Assembly: GCF_009834535.1 (NCBI RefSeq)
Contig: NC_045697.1
Span: 69,070,001-69,134,000 of the forward strand
Reading direction: 5' to 3'
From: Camelus ferus
Lineage: Eukaryota
Length of the DNA: 64,000 nt
Both the position numbers and the translations under genes were made by a program. Of the stretch, positions 51,206-64,000 are shown one piece after another. Numbering within the stretch: the stretch's first letter is position 1; each line of letters begins with the position of its first letter. The notes beneath the pieces were generated by a model that had not been told where the DNA came from, ran no database searches, and worked only from the letters and a program-made list of their open reading frames with translations.

Positions 51206-53771
51206 TTTTTTAATTGAAGTATAGTTAATTTACAGTGTTGTGTTAGTTTCTGATATACAGCAAAGTGATTCAGTTTTTTATGATACATTTTTTTTTACAT
51301 TCTTTTCCATTATAGTTTATTACAAGGTATTAAATGTAGTTTCCTGTGCTATCCATTAGGACCTTGTTGTTTATCTACTTTATATATAGTAGTTTTTAAC
51401 TGTTAATCCCAGATTCCTAATTTATCTCCCCCCTTTGGTAACCATAAGTTTATTTTCTATGTCTATGAGTCTGTTTCTGTTTTGTAAATAAGTTCATTTA
51501 TGTTACTTTTTTAGATTCCACATATAAGCGATATATTTGTCTTTGTCTGGCTTACTTCACTTAGTATGATAGTCTCTAGGTTCATCCGTGTTGCTGCAAA
51601 TGGCATTATTCCATTCTTTTTTATGGCTGAGTAGTATTCCATTGTGTGTATATATGCCACAACTTCTTTATTGAATCATTTACCAGTGGACATCTAGGTT
51701 GCTTCCGTGTCTTAGCTATTGTAAATATTGCTGCTGTGTACATTGGGATGCATGTGTCTTTTTGAATTAGAGTTTCCTCCAGATATATGCCCAGGAAGGG
51801 GACTGCTGGATCATATGGTAGCTCTATTTTTAGTTTTTTAAGGAATCCCCATGCTGCTTTCCATAGTGGCTGCACCAATTTACATTTCCACCAACAGTGT
51901 AGGAGGGTTCCCTTTTCTCCACACCCTCTCCAGCATTTATTATTTGTGGACTTTTTAATGATGGTCGTTATGATCGGTTTGACATGATTCCTCATTGCAG
52001 TTTTGATTTGCATTTCTTTGATGATTAGTGATGTTGAGCATCTTTTCACATGCCTGTTGGCCATCTCTATGTCTTCTTTGGAAGAATGTCTATTTAGGTC
52101 TTCTGCCCATTTTTGGATTGGGTTGTTTGTTTTTTTGTTATTGAGTTCTGTGAGCTGTTTGTATATTTTGGAAATTAAGCCCTTGTTCATCACATTGTTT
52201 CCAAATGTTTTCCCCCATTCTGTAGGTTGTCTTTTCATTTTGTTTATGGTTTCCCTGTTGTGCAAAACCTTTTAAGTTTGATTAGGTTCCTTTTTTTTTT
52301 TTAATTTTACTTTTATGTCTATTGCCTTGGGAGATTGACCTAAGAAAACATTGCTATGTTTATGTCAGAGAATGTTTTGCCTATGTTCTCTTCTAGGAAG
52401 TTTATGGTGTCCTGTTTTATGTTTAAGTCTTTAATCCACTTTGAGTTTATTTTTGTGTATGGTGTGAGGGAGTGTTCTAACTGCATTGATTTACATGTGG
52501 CTGTCCAGCTTTCCCGCCTCTACTTGTCTTTTCTCCATTACATGTTCTGGCCTCCTTTGTCAAAGATTAATTGACCAAGGATCTGTGGGTATATTTCTAG
52601 GCTCTCTATTCTCTTCCATTTATCCATATATCTGTTTTGGTGCCAAAACCACACTGGTTTGATTACTGTAGTTCTGTAGTATTGTCTGAAGTCTGGGAGG
52701 GTTATGCCTCCAGCTTTGTTCTTTTTCCTCAGTATTGCTGTGGCAGTTCTGGGTCTTTTGTGACTCCATATAAATTTTAGGATTCTTTGTTCTAGTTCTG
52801 TGAAAAATATCCTGGGTAATTTGATAGGTATCACATTAAATCTGTAGATTGCTTTGGGTAGCATGGCTCTTTTAATAATACTAATTTTTCCAATCCAAGA
52901 GCATGGGATATCTTTCCTTTTCTTTAAATCATCTTCAGTTTCCTTTATCAATATTTTGTAGTTCTCAGCATATAAATCTTTCACCTCCATGGTTAAAAAT
53001 ATTTTACTTTGTTTTTTGATGTGATTTTAAAAGGGGTTGTTTTTTAACTTTCCCTTTCTGATATTTCATTGTCAATGTAAAGAAATGTGATAGATATCTG
53101 TATGTGAATCTTTTTTCTGCTATCTTGCTGAATTTATCAATTCTAGTAGTTTTTGTGTGAAGTCTTTAGGGTTTTCTATATATAGTATCATTTCATCTGC
53201 GTATGATGACAATTTACCTCTACCCTTCTAATTTGGATACCTTTTATTTCTTTTCCTTGTTTGATTGCTGTGGCTAGGACTTTCAGTACTGTGTTGAATA
53301 AAAGTGGTGAGAATGGGCATCCTTGTCTTGTTCCAGATTTTAGTGGGAAGGCTTTCAACTTTACACCATTGAGTATTATGTTGGCTCTGGGTTTCTCATA
53401 GTTTTTACTATGTTGAGATATGTTTCCTGTATACCCACTTTGGTAAGAGTTTTTATCATGAATGGATGTTGAATTTTACCACATGCTCTTTTGCAGCTGT
53501 TGAGATGAGCATGGGTTTCTGTCCTTTCTCTTGTTGATGTGATGTATTACATTGATTTGCATATGTTGAACCATCCTTGTGGCCCTGGAATCACTCCAAC
53601 TTGATTATGGTGTATGATCTTTTTAATGTGTTGTTGATTCGGCATGCTGATATTTTATTGAGAACTTTTGCATCTATATTCATCAGAGATATTGGCCTGT
53701 AATTTTCTTTTTTTGGTAGTGTCTTTGTTTCGTATCAGGGTGATGGTGGCTTCATAGAATGACTTTGGGAT
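51206..53771 (-). mobile_element. 5'-truncated LINE-1, antisense to the gene
   Basis: ORFs 51621..52265 ([27 protein letters not shown]1 ORF2 Cys-rich C-terminus) and 52538..52990. 18-bp TSD ttgaacaatt(c/t)tagttat (51188-51205 / 53772-53789). Confidence 0.95.
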
Positions 53772-56700
53772 TTGAACAATTTTAGTTATATATGTTTTTA
53801 CCACAGTGATTAACACAATCCGTCCCGGTATTTATTTTCTCAGTCAGTATCTTTTATTTTTTAACCACACAACTCTTAATTTTTAGCAACTACTTTATGT
53901 GACCTAGTTAGTCATAATTTTAAAGAAAATAGTCAAACTAGCAGCTCTCCCTGCTTATTCAAGTGATGATTTCCAAACAGAAGACTTCTCTGACTCCCAC
54001 AGCTTACATTATCCCTGGAATTGAAATGACTGCAAAACTGTCAAAATCATTTATTGTAATTTTATAGAATGACTCTCACAACTTAATCCTTTAGTAAGAC
54101 CTGTTTCTGACGGTGAGTCATTTTGTAAATGGGTCTTTGTTCTTCCCTCTTTCTTTTCATGACTGTATATATCCTTTTCTTCTGTGCATCTTTTCCTTGT
54201 ATTTGCTTAAAATCCTTATTGGGGAAAAAGTGAAAGAAAAAGTATTTTATAACTCCCCTTCATGTACTTCCATTTTCTTTTAGAAACAATAATTTCTTAT
54301 TATTAGGCCCTTTAATCTACTTATATGCAGCATATTCCTCTTTTGTGTTTTAAATCTATTTTAAACCTGTTTCACTTTCTCTATACTCAGTTCCCTTTCT
54401 CTCCTTCAAATAACTGAGTCATTTTATCTCTCTCAAAATACTATACATTCCTTTCTCACTTACTTGTCTTATTTTAGTTCTTACTTCTGCAAAATATGTT
54501 AAATATACTTATAACATAATAACCTGGCAAACCTGATCAAGGTATTGTTATCACAATATATTTCATAAATAACAGTTGTGGTAGGAAGAGCACTGGACTG
54601 GGAATCAGAAGAACAAGGTTCCTGTTGCTTTTCCAATATAATCTTATATGGCCTTATTTGTAGTATGAGGAAAACATAACCAGTCATGCCCACATCACAT
54701 GGCTGTTCTAAAAATAAGTTTTTATGGTAGTCAGGTATCTTTAAAAGAGTGAGTGGCTTTCAGTCAGGTACCTTTAGATGAAGACACTATGCGTGGGAAT
54801 TAGCTAAAGTGGTAGAGTGGGTGTGGCATTTCAGAGCAGGAACAAGTGCAGTAAGAAGGTATGAAATAAAATGATTAATTTGGATTACTACAAGTAATTT
54901 AGTGTGGCTAGAGAGGAGGCTGTCATTGGAGGAGTATCAGGGGATATGGTTGGGATATATCATCGATGTTGCTTGACCATTTAATTAAAAGTTATGGAGG
55001 ATCATGTAAAGGTTTAAAGTAGGGGACTGACATAAAATTTCTATTTACAGAAGCTTATTCTGCCATCCAATGTGGTTGGCAGATGAGGGGTGGAAGCTGG
55101 AGTTAGACTCTTGAGAAGGCTGTTTTATCTAATAAAGTTCAGAACCGAGAACTGGAAGTAACATGAATGTAACAAGGAAAAGATAGATGTAAAAGATGCT
55201 AATCAGGTAGAGTCTATGGAACCTACATCCTGATTAATGTGAGTGGTAGAAAAGCATTTACTGACAGAGAAAAATTTATAATCCTTCTAGGGCTTCTGCC
55301 TTAGATGGGTTCCCTGCCATTCACTGCAATATAGACTAGAATGAAAGGAAAGGAAAGAGGCTGTGTTTGATTTGGGGAATGTTAAATTTGAGGCATTTAT
55401 GGTGTATCCAACTGCACATACTTTGTTTTCAGTAGGGTAAAAGGAGGATTAGGGACGTGTCTCTGTGGTAGTAAATGAAGCCTTGGATTTGGATCAGATC
55501 TCCCAGGCACAGGACTAGGACTCTTATTATACTATTCTAAAAATCTACCCCTTGAGAAATAAATGGTTCCCCAGAGACAAGGATATACATAGCCCTCGAG
55601 TCATGTTCTTGGTCCTTACAGTCAATCCCAAATCTGAGTCTTATCTTCACAATCTGTTGTAAATATCCTTGGACGTATAATATAAAAATAGCAGTTCTTT
55701 ATTGTTTTCATAACTCAGAGTAAACAATACTATCAATCTTATCCAAATACATTTTTAATTGAATAGAGTCACAGTAATAGCAATTATTGTTTTTGTTTTT
55801 CTAACTTGGAGTTTACTGTAAATTGGTAATCAAATGCTTTTCATTAATTTATCCTCATGAAGCCTATATGCTCGCATAAGTTGTAAATTCACCTTATTAT
55901 AGTAGCATACCTGAAAAACCCCTCTTGTTTTACAGTGAAGCCTATTATTTTAATGTATTTACCCGGCAGCATTTTTGGGAACTTGAGTCTTTCTCAAGCT
56001 GTATCTTAAATTATATGTGTTCCTTCCCATTCTACCTACTTCCTCCTTTGTACTGAGTTATTGGCCTTGAGAAATTCTTTGAGTTGTGCATTGTAGCCCA
56101 GCTCTTTGATTTACTCTTCTTTCAAGTTTCTCTGACTGGATTGCCCAGTTCTTTCTTCTTTCTGTCACTGGCAGTTTTATAACGAAGCTGCCTCCTTGCC
56201 ATCGGGAGGTCAGGTGGAGTGTGGGCCAAGGACTGCCGAGACAGAATGAGTGCCTGCAGAACTGCAAGGGCTACTATCCTGGGTGGTGCCCACAGTTATT
56301 ATTTTAGAGTAGCAGTCGCCCTTTATATGGGTCCTTCCAAATTCAAAGACTGCTAGCTGCCTGTAATTTTGTAGGCATACTTGAACATTTTTATGCCTGC
56401 ACCTAAGTGTGAAGGGGGAGAAAGAACTTGAATTGATTCCTGGGTGTAGTTAAACATTTAAAGGGCTGTAGTTGAAAGGTCAGTACTAGTCTGGCTAAAG
56501 ATAAATGAGAAGTCTGCCTTTTTTTTTTAGAACTCCTGATCACAGTGAGTGATTTTTTTTTTTTTTTACAAGCAGTCATTCATTTAGACCTGCAAACACC
56601 AACCATTGACTACTACTAAATCTTAAAATCATTTCAAGATATCTGAGAACATATTTAGTTCACAGATAAGCATTTTGAGATGCAGTAGAATGTCAGTGTA

Positions 56701-59598
56701 GAAGGTATACATGAAATGAGGCTGAAACTTTGTAATTATTTATTGGATGGTGGTGTTTTAACGGTAAGCAGTGTTTGGTTCTTTGTTTTTATGCTAAATG
56801 AAAGAAAGTAATTCCCAGCTATTTAATTTAAATTCTAAACCTATATAGAAATCCGCTTGCTAGCAAGTACATAGAATTCCTTTTAGATTTTTCTAAATTG
56901 TAAACCAGATTTATGTGAAGAAGTAGATTATATTTTTTCCTTTTATTTTCTGACAATAGCATTAAAAAAAATAACTATTCCCAAATCTTGAGTCATTTAT
57001 TACAACTATTCTCCTGATTACTTGGATTATAATCCGTGGAAACTCATCAGAGAGCAAGAGTTTTATATTGTTTTCTTTTTTTTCTTTGCCCCTGACATTC
57101 AGCTCTGATGTTAAGCCATTCTCTTAGTTATAGTTAAAATGAGACATGCATGGGTGATTTGCAGTTAACTGCTCGCCTCCACATACACAAATGCCTCAGC
57201 TTCACATCTAATCATGATTCATGCCTTATGCCAGATTCTTGCTGTCATCCCAGCACCAACAGATGGTGGGACAAGACCCCTGGGGTAGTCTGCCCCAGTG
57301 CTCTAAGGTTGTACATCTTTTGGCAGCAGTGGTCAGAAAAAAGATTTTAACATGGCAAATTGGGTTCAGTTCTTTTTGGCTTCTTGCTAAAAATAAATAA
57401 ATAAATAATAATTAATGGAAATTTGGTGTCAGATTCTCAGGTGGTACCTTAAAAACGTATTTTTTTTTTAACCCGAGAAGCAAAATAAAAGCAAAAAGGC
57501 ACATTATATTTTATAAATGGGCTTACTGAACGAAAGGACAGCTGCTGTGTTTATATACCACTAGGTATACTTTACGTTTATAATAATCTGGAATTGCGAG
57601 AAACTGGTGAGTAACAGCATACAAAAAGACAAGTTTTGTTTATGCTTAAGTAAGTTTTCTGTTCTAAAAATTAACACCAGTGTTACCAGCCAGGTGACAC
57701 ACATTGATTTGTTAGTGTAGTAGAATCTGAATTTGCTGTTTATGCTCTTGTGATTAGTATGATTGGTGACCTTTAGACAAGTTTGCTTCATCTTTCTGGG
57801 CTTCTGTTTCTTCACCTAATAAATAAGGTTGTTTTGAAGTATCTCCAAAACAGCCATTTTATTATAGTACATAAAATGTAAGAAACTGAAATATTATTAG
57901 CTGTAGTAAAGTGTACTAGGCTTATGGTAGGAAAAGGAAATGCATGGATGTTGTTTCAACACTGAATAATCTTCATACTGGATCTTTTGTACTAATGTCA
58001 TAGGTAAACACGCAGGCACACACATAACTACAGTAATTGCGAATCAATGTTTTTAAGATAGTAAATCCCTGACATTTTTACAACTTTCAGTTTTTACAGA
58101 TTTACAGTTTTAGACATAATTTTCTATTGCTTCGGCCATTCAGTTTTCCACATAATTTTCTATTGCTTCAGATATTCAACAGTTCTGATGATGATGTTAA
58201 GAGGATTATGGTTCTTTAACCCAAAATCCTGGGTAGTCAAGGGTTGCACAGAACATTGTGTTTTAACTTTTTTTTTTTTTTAACAGAACCTATGATTAGT
58301 AATACATTTTACATTCAGTAAGCATACATGTAATTTGAACTGAAGTTTCACTCAGTGTTTTACCTTACTATGTGTGAAATTCTTTTCTGTTTCTTTGTTG
58401 TTACAAATATTGTTAATTCTATTTCTCTTTTTAAGAAATTGCTGGTCCTTGTTCCCCCGATTGACTTCAGAATTCTTAATGGATTGGAACCTGTAGTTTG
58501 AAAAACACTGAACTGAACAGTCAGCATTTACTATAAAGAAATAGATTTTTTTTTTTAGACTTTCTCAAATTATTCTATTAAAAATTGTTTTCTTACTCTC
58601 AATTGATCACAGCAGGTGCCATTTACTTAACAAGAAATCATTAGAGTTCTCTTACTGGTATATCTGCCAAACGATGTAGAGGATATAGAGGAACAACACA
58701 TAGAAACAAATTTAAGTGGAATGTTTTAATGAGCCTTATAACTCTCTATTTTTAAACACATGTCATTCCCCTTTATTGTTCAGAGTCAAATAGTAATTTT
58801 AAGTTTTATTTCCTTGAGCTTTTCTTTATTTCCATTATCATTCCAGGTGTTCCTGTTCTCTTTTATTTTAATAGGTCATACCTTTTACGTGAGGTGGGTT
58901 GGTTTCATACCCAGGCTCTTTAGTTGTATTTTAACAAAGATGGTGAGGAAAGGGAAGAAGCAGGGGCCTCTTGAATTTCTTTATCACCATATAGATCTCT
59001 GAATACCATGGTCTTATTGCTGATTACTGTATCCCATTTTCATTAGTGGTGGTTTTGAGTAGGTTGTGTGAGAAACATAGTAGTCCTATGTAGTTGCATA
59101 TTCTCCTGTATCACTCCATATAAAATGATATAAGGTGAATTTTTTGTTCATTTAATTGCTGTTATTTTTAATTGCTGTAGCATTATAGGAAATCATAGAA
59201 TTTGTGTGTATATATATATAAATATATATAAATAAAATAATGTGCTGTTAGAGAATTCAGAAGTGAAGTAGAAAAAAGAGCATTCTTGATTTGAATAGAT
59301 GGGGTTGGAAATAACATTGAAAAGTAAGTTTGTTATGCAAATGGTATATTCAGAAAGGGTTCCTTTATAATCTGTTCTAGATAGACAAATGATTGTATTA
59401 AAAGTGTTTTGTGTAAATGAAAACTGGATAAAAGCAGGTTATGGAACTGAAGTAATTTTATATAAATGTATACATTTTAATATGTAATGAACTAACTTTC
59501 ACTATGGATGGTGAAAATTCTTTAAAAGTTTATTTTAGATGAAGTTAGTGTTAATGTTGAAGATTTTCACTGAAGATCTTTGTATGTATCTCTTTCAG

Positions 59599-59721
59599 AT
59601 ATGGAAACAAGTGAAAAAATCCAAGGAAGTGGAATACTTCAACTGTTCGCCAGTCTGTTGATTCCACAGTCTTCCTGCACAGCCAAAGTAGCTAACATCA
59701 TAGCAGAAATAGCCAAAAATG
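59599..59721 (+). CDS. RAP1GDS1: RAP1GDS1 coding exon 3 (123 nt), N-terminal armadillo-repeat region
   Basis: tctctttcag acceptor. Translates (N)METSEKIQGSGILQLFASLLIPQSSCTAKVANIIAEIAKN. Donor G|gtgagg at 59722; in phase with exon 2. Confidence 0.97.
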
Positions 59722-60502
59722 GTGAGGTTTTCCTCAAGAACTTTTCTGCTGGGAACATCTTCAGTTTTACACCCTACTTGTCAGTATGTTTTATTAATTT
59801 ATGTTTTAATTTTATAGATTAGAAATTTTTTATTTCTATTTCTCTTTTCTTTGACTTTTTTCATGTGATTGTTTAAAATGACTATAGTTACAGTCATACA
59901 TTTTCCATTTGCTATTCCATTCCTTCCGAGTAGAGTTAAAGAACAGCACTGCTAGTCCCTGCTGTACCTCTATCATTTATTACTTTGATTATAGGATCTT
60001 GAGCTGCCACTGAGTCATTCATCTTCACTGTCACAGGAGAGCTTGTCTTTTTCAATGTATACGTTGGTTTGTGTTATACCCAGATAAACTCACTATTCTT
60101 TTTTTTTTTTTTTTTTTAGTTTGGCCTATCCTTCTGATATTGGCACTTGACTGCAACAGTACAGTTGGAATATACTGTTCTCTGAACTCACCTTCCTGGG
60201 GAATATTTATTTATTAGGTTTCCATGTGAATATACTCTGGAAAAACAAGTGACAGCAAAGCTTAGATTATATAATATCTAATCCACCTGATTGTATGTGG
60301 CTTACATCCAGTGAGAGGAGATTTCTTTGGGAAAATTATATTGTAGCAGAAATATTTGTACATGATTTTAGTTCATTCAGTTCGAGAGAAACACTGACTT
60401 CTTAAAGCAGTTTTTAAGCTTAAGGGAAGGCCAGTACTATACCTCTATTTGTCAAAATTTGATATGATTTTTAGTCCTTTTATTTTAGTAAGTTGCATAT
60501 AT

Positions 60503-60563
60503 GTTATGTTATATTATATTATATTATATTATATTATATTATATTATATTATATTATATTATT
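60503..60563 (+). repeat. (TTATA)n pentanucleotide microsatellite, ~11 units
   Basis: gttatgttatattatattatatt... read directly. It explains the YYIIL repeats in ORFs 60449..60748 and 60493..60681. Confidence 0.93.
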
Positions 60564-62519
60564 ACACTTTAAAGAGAAGATACTTAAAAATTCTGGCTTC
60601 AGTTTTACACAGTTTTATACATTATGTAATCACTGTGGCAGTTGGCATTGTAAGTACCAATATCTGTTGTTTTTGGCCTAGTAAAACAACTTGTTCATAC
60701 GTGTATTACCAAAAAGAACATTGGCGTGAAATTTTTTCATTTGTTTAGAGGTGCTCCAAATATCTTTCAGGTTCCATTGAGGTTCTATATTGGTAAATCA
60801 TCTTTTGGTTGTTAGTGAAAACTGACCATCTGTTGTTTGTTTGTACATCTAAGCTATTGTAATTATAATCACTGTGCTGTTATTCAGATTCAGGCTGGTC
60901 ATAAAAGTTCAGAGATTCCTAGTGGTCTGGGAGTATTTAGTGTACTTGAAGTAGATTTGACCTGCTCTGAATAGATAGAAATTCCCTTGGGACCACAAAG
61001 AACTGAAGCAGATCTAGTTTGAACAATGGAACCCCTCCAGGCATTGTTTGTTAACCTAGACCAACCACTATTTAAATCTTCTTAGGTGCAAAGCAGCTTG
61101 ATTTTTTTAAATCAAGTAGCTTACTTTCAACCTCATTAGAACCACAGTATGGATTTCCAGAAATCAATTTTTATCTTAAAACCTATTTTCTTAAGAATGA
61201 ACACACACACTATAACATAGATTCAGAAATTTTGAACAGATTCTTTTGAAGTAGATTGCTAGTCCTGTATGATCTTACTTAATATCAGTCCTTATAATAC
61301 TTTGTCACAGTTTCATGATAATTCTGCTGTTTGAGATTGCTTCAAATAACATTCTAGTAGATGAGAGCTGTGTTCTAAAGACATAATTTGTAACCTTTAT
61401 ACATTTAATCAGAGGCTTGTTAAGGGCATATCACTAATCTCTACTCATTAAAATAAATGGGATATGTTTAAATGGTTATTTATTGCTTAATCACCACATT
61501 GGTTTTTTTTTTTATATGACTGGCTGAGAAAGTGGATTAGAGTCTCCTTTTTAAAATAAGTATCTTCAGAAATGTGACATGACCCAAGAGAATTAATTAG
61601 GCTTATATTTCTTCTTGTTAGAAATTTAACAATGGAAAAAGATTACGTGAACCAGAAAAAAAAAAAAAGAAATTAGAAGTTGATGTGTTCATCGTCATGC
61701 TGCTCTGCACCTTATATAACAGTAGAGGAACGATATTAGCATATACTTGTTAGATTTGGATTAACTGTAAAACATAATTATGTTTAAATTTGCACGTACA
61801 AAAAAAATTCTCTAAAAATGAACAGATCTGTGTGCTGATGCTCAAAATTCGAGAGAATTAGTAAGAAATTTCATGAACAAGATGAATGTGGGAGCATAGC
61901 TATGACCATAAATTGCAGTAATTTGCAAGATTTTGATACCTTTAAATAAAGTAGTCCCCTATATAACAGATTTAAAACTGAGTTGAGGCAAAGGAAAAAA
62001 TAAGACAGGAAGTATCTAGAAATGTTTTGTCCTTTTCAGATTGTACTCTCAAGGTATCTCATAGTAGTAATAATAGTAATGATGAATTTCTAAGTAATAG
62101 CTAAATGCTATTATGTGTCTCCAGCATAGCAGGTGTTATATACATTATTTCAGATTCTCATAACAGCTTCATATGAGATAGGGTTATTTTATACACATGA
62201 GAAATTTGATTGCATATCCTGCCAATCTTACACAACTAGTTGGTGATAAGCTGGGATTAAATCACTTGTGTGATAATAGTTGGAATTTATACTTCATCTT
62301 GTTTTCTCTCCTTTCATTTCTCTTCAGTAAATGAGATTTTATGATAGCCTTGGAAAGTGTACCAATGGTCTGAGTGTATGGTTTGAAAGATTAGGCTGAT
62401 AACTGAAGTTGAAAACGTGTAAAAGCAAACACAACTTTACATCTTATTCTTCTAGTCTTCCTCCTAATTGTTGTTGTTGTAGTCATTACTGTTATTCTTA
62501 TTCTTCTATTACTCCAAAA

Positions 62520-62693
62520 TACTGATTTCCTGTCTTGGACCAGCAGTATCAGAATTACTAGGAACTTGTTAGATGCAAATTCTTGGACCCTCTCACCCAT
62601 ACGTACTGGAAATGGAACTCTAGGAGCTGGGTTCAGCCATTTAGTTTAACAAGTCCTCCAGGTGATTCGGATGCCTATAAAGCTTGAGAACCA
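62520..62693. mobile_element. MER5A-like MITE
   Basis: ggaccagcagtatcag...ggaacttgttagatgcaaattctt...tttaacaagtcctccaggtgattc...ttgagaacca. Confidence 0.7.
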
Positions 62694-64000
62694 AACTCAG
62701 TCTAACGTAATATGGAATTAGTGGGCTGGATCAATATCATGCTTTTCCCTCCCTATCTGTACTTAATCATACTGCAAAAGTGTTTATCAGACTTTTCCAC
62801 TTGAATGCTCTTAACAACAAAAGAAAGTATATACACAGGATGGACTAGTGAGGGCACCACCAAAAACATAAAATCTCCTGTTTTGTTGTATAAGTTTATT
62901 TTAACTTTACCCTCTGCTCCATAGCAAGTATATGTTTATTTCAGTATAAAACATGTGTATACCTAGAAAAATCACTGAGTAAAATTGATAGTCAAAAAAA
63001 TGCACCATGTTGTCAGGTTGCTTAAATATACATTGCCACTTTAGTGTTGGAAATTAACCTCATTTTGTAAGAATCTATTACAGTTATCAGTATTATCGTT
63101 TTTCAAAGGCAATACAAAGTATGAATGAGAAATGTGAAGTCAACAACCCACATATAAAAGTCACTCATTCTTTTATATTCATGCCTCATAGTTTTTTCTT
63201 GTTCTTCTAAAGAAAAATGTAAAAAGCTAAGAATTAATTATAGAAAAGTATTAGAGAAAATTTGAAACTCAATGTATATTACTGTTTAGCCTAACAAACA
63301 TTAAGGTAGAATCTAGCTCTGTGTTTTTATTTGGCTTACAGAGTTTAAAAAGTTTTAATAAAAGACTTATTTCCTTCAGGTAGTTAAAAATGGGGAAGTA
63401 CATAAAATCAGTTTTTAAATATTTGAGAAGTAGATATATAAAAAGATTTTATGAATCTCAGTCTATATAAAAAGAAAACACTTTTTGTGGTTTTCATCAT
63501 AGCTTACACTTTATGAAAATGCTAAATGAATGTATACTTCAAGTAAGTTTAGGAAAGTAAAAGTAAAAAATAAAAGAATTACTACTAGATTTAGAAAGAA
63601 TAGAAATAATCAAATAAGAAGCATTTATTTATTGCTACAATCAAATTAAAAAACTTACTCTTACATATAAGTCAACTTTATATTACTAAGTCTGGGTTGC
63701 TATTGAGGTATTGAATGTTTTCACTGAAGTCCACACATTATCCAGAAAACAAATAGATTTTATCTCGTGCAGACATGCATATACACATACAGCTACTTTA
63801 TGTTTCTGCCTTCTATTACCTAATGGCTTCCACTGACTTTGGTTTCTATTCACTTTCATTCTGTATGTATCTTTGTTTTAACCCCTCTCTGACTGTCCTT
63901 CCCTCCACCTCCCAAGAACTTTTCAGTTGTCTGTCTGAATTTAAAATTGCTGAGCAAGAACCTGATTTTTTTTTTTTTTTTTTTTTTTAGTTCATTATCA

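Larger units (their letters stand above)
13680..64000 (+). other. RAP1GDS1: RAP1GDS1 gene, 5' part (intron 1 13863-40110, intron 2 40219-59598, intron 3 from 59722 past the window end); TSS position approximate
   Basis: Three exons with GT-AG boundaries join into one continuous ORF. The expected next exon (EFMRIPCVDAG...) is not seen in the window. Confidence 0.9.

Noticed and set aside
51621..52990. 214-aa and 150-aa ORFs as a possible protein-coding gene
   Set aside because: These are frameshifted L1 ORF2 fragments within a 5'-truncated element bounded by a TSD.
54114..60017. Four AP-1 motifs (tgagtca at 54114, 54415, 56989 and 60011)
   Set aside because: Short, dispersed motifs are not distinguishable from chance without chromatin or conservation data.
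63960..64000. Long T tract plus AG as the possible exon 4 acceptor
   Set aside because: The following bases (ttcattatca) do not encode the expected continuation E-F-M-R; exon 4 lies beyond the window.
1..64000. CRISPR array, operon or prokaryotic defence system
   Set aside because: The sequence is a mammalian intron-containing locus with no regularly spaced repeat-spacer array and no gene-dense region.

Overview
Mammalian genomic DNA, not microbial. The tRNA-derived SINE family and the L1 3' ends suggest a camelid (inference from repeat recognition). The window holds about 13 kb of repeat-rich upstream DNA, a CpG-island promoter (~12.5-14.4 kb) and the first three coding exons of RAP1GDS1 (SmgGDS) on the + strand: 13859-13862, 40111-40218 and 59599-59721, giving 78 codons; the gene continues beyond the window. 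Most of the rest is transposable-element debris: ERV/MaLR LTRs, L1, L2, MIR, SINEs and hAT-Charlie DNA transposons. The most notable element missed by the ORF track is a 5'-truncated processed copy of MTHFD1 (last ~29 codons, 3'UTR, polyA) inside a split MLT1 LTR at ~4.9-5.3 kb. Also notable: three related solo ERV LTRs, each with its own 4-bp TSD; a near full-length Cheshire-like hAT fossil; and tandem splice sites on both sides of exon 2. I found no evidence of a novel multi-gene biological system. Repeat subfamily names and human comparisons come from memory and need RepeatMasker/BLAST confirmation.
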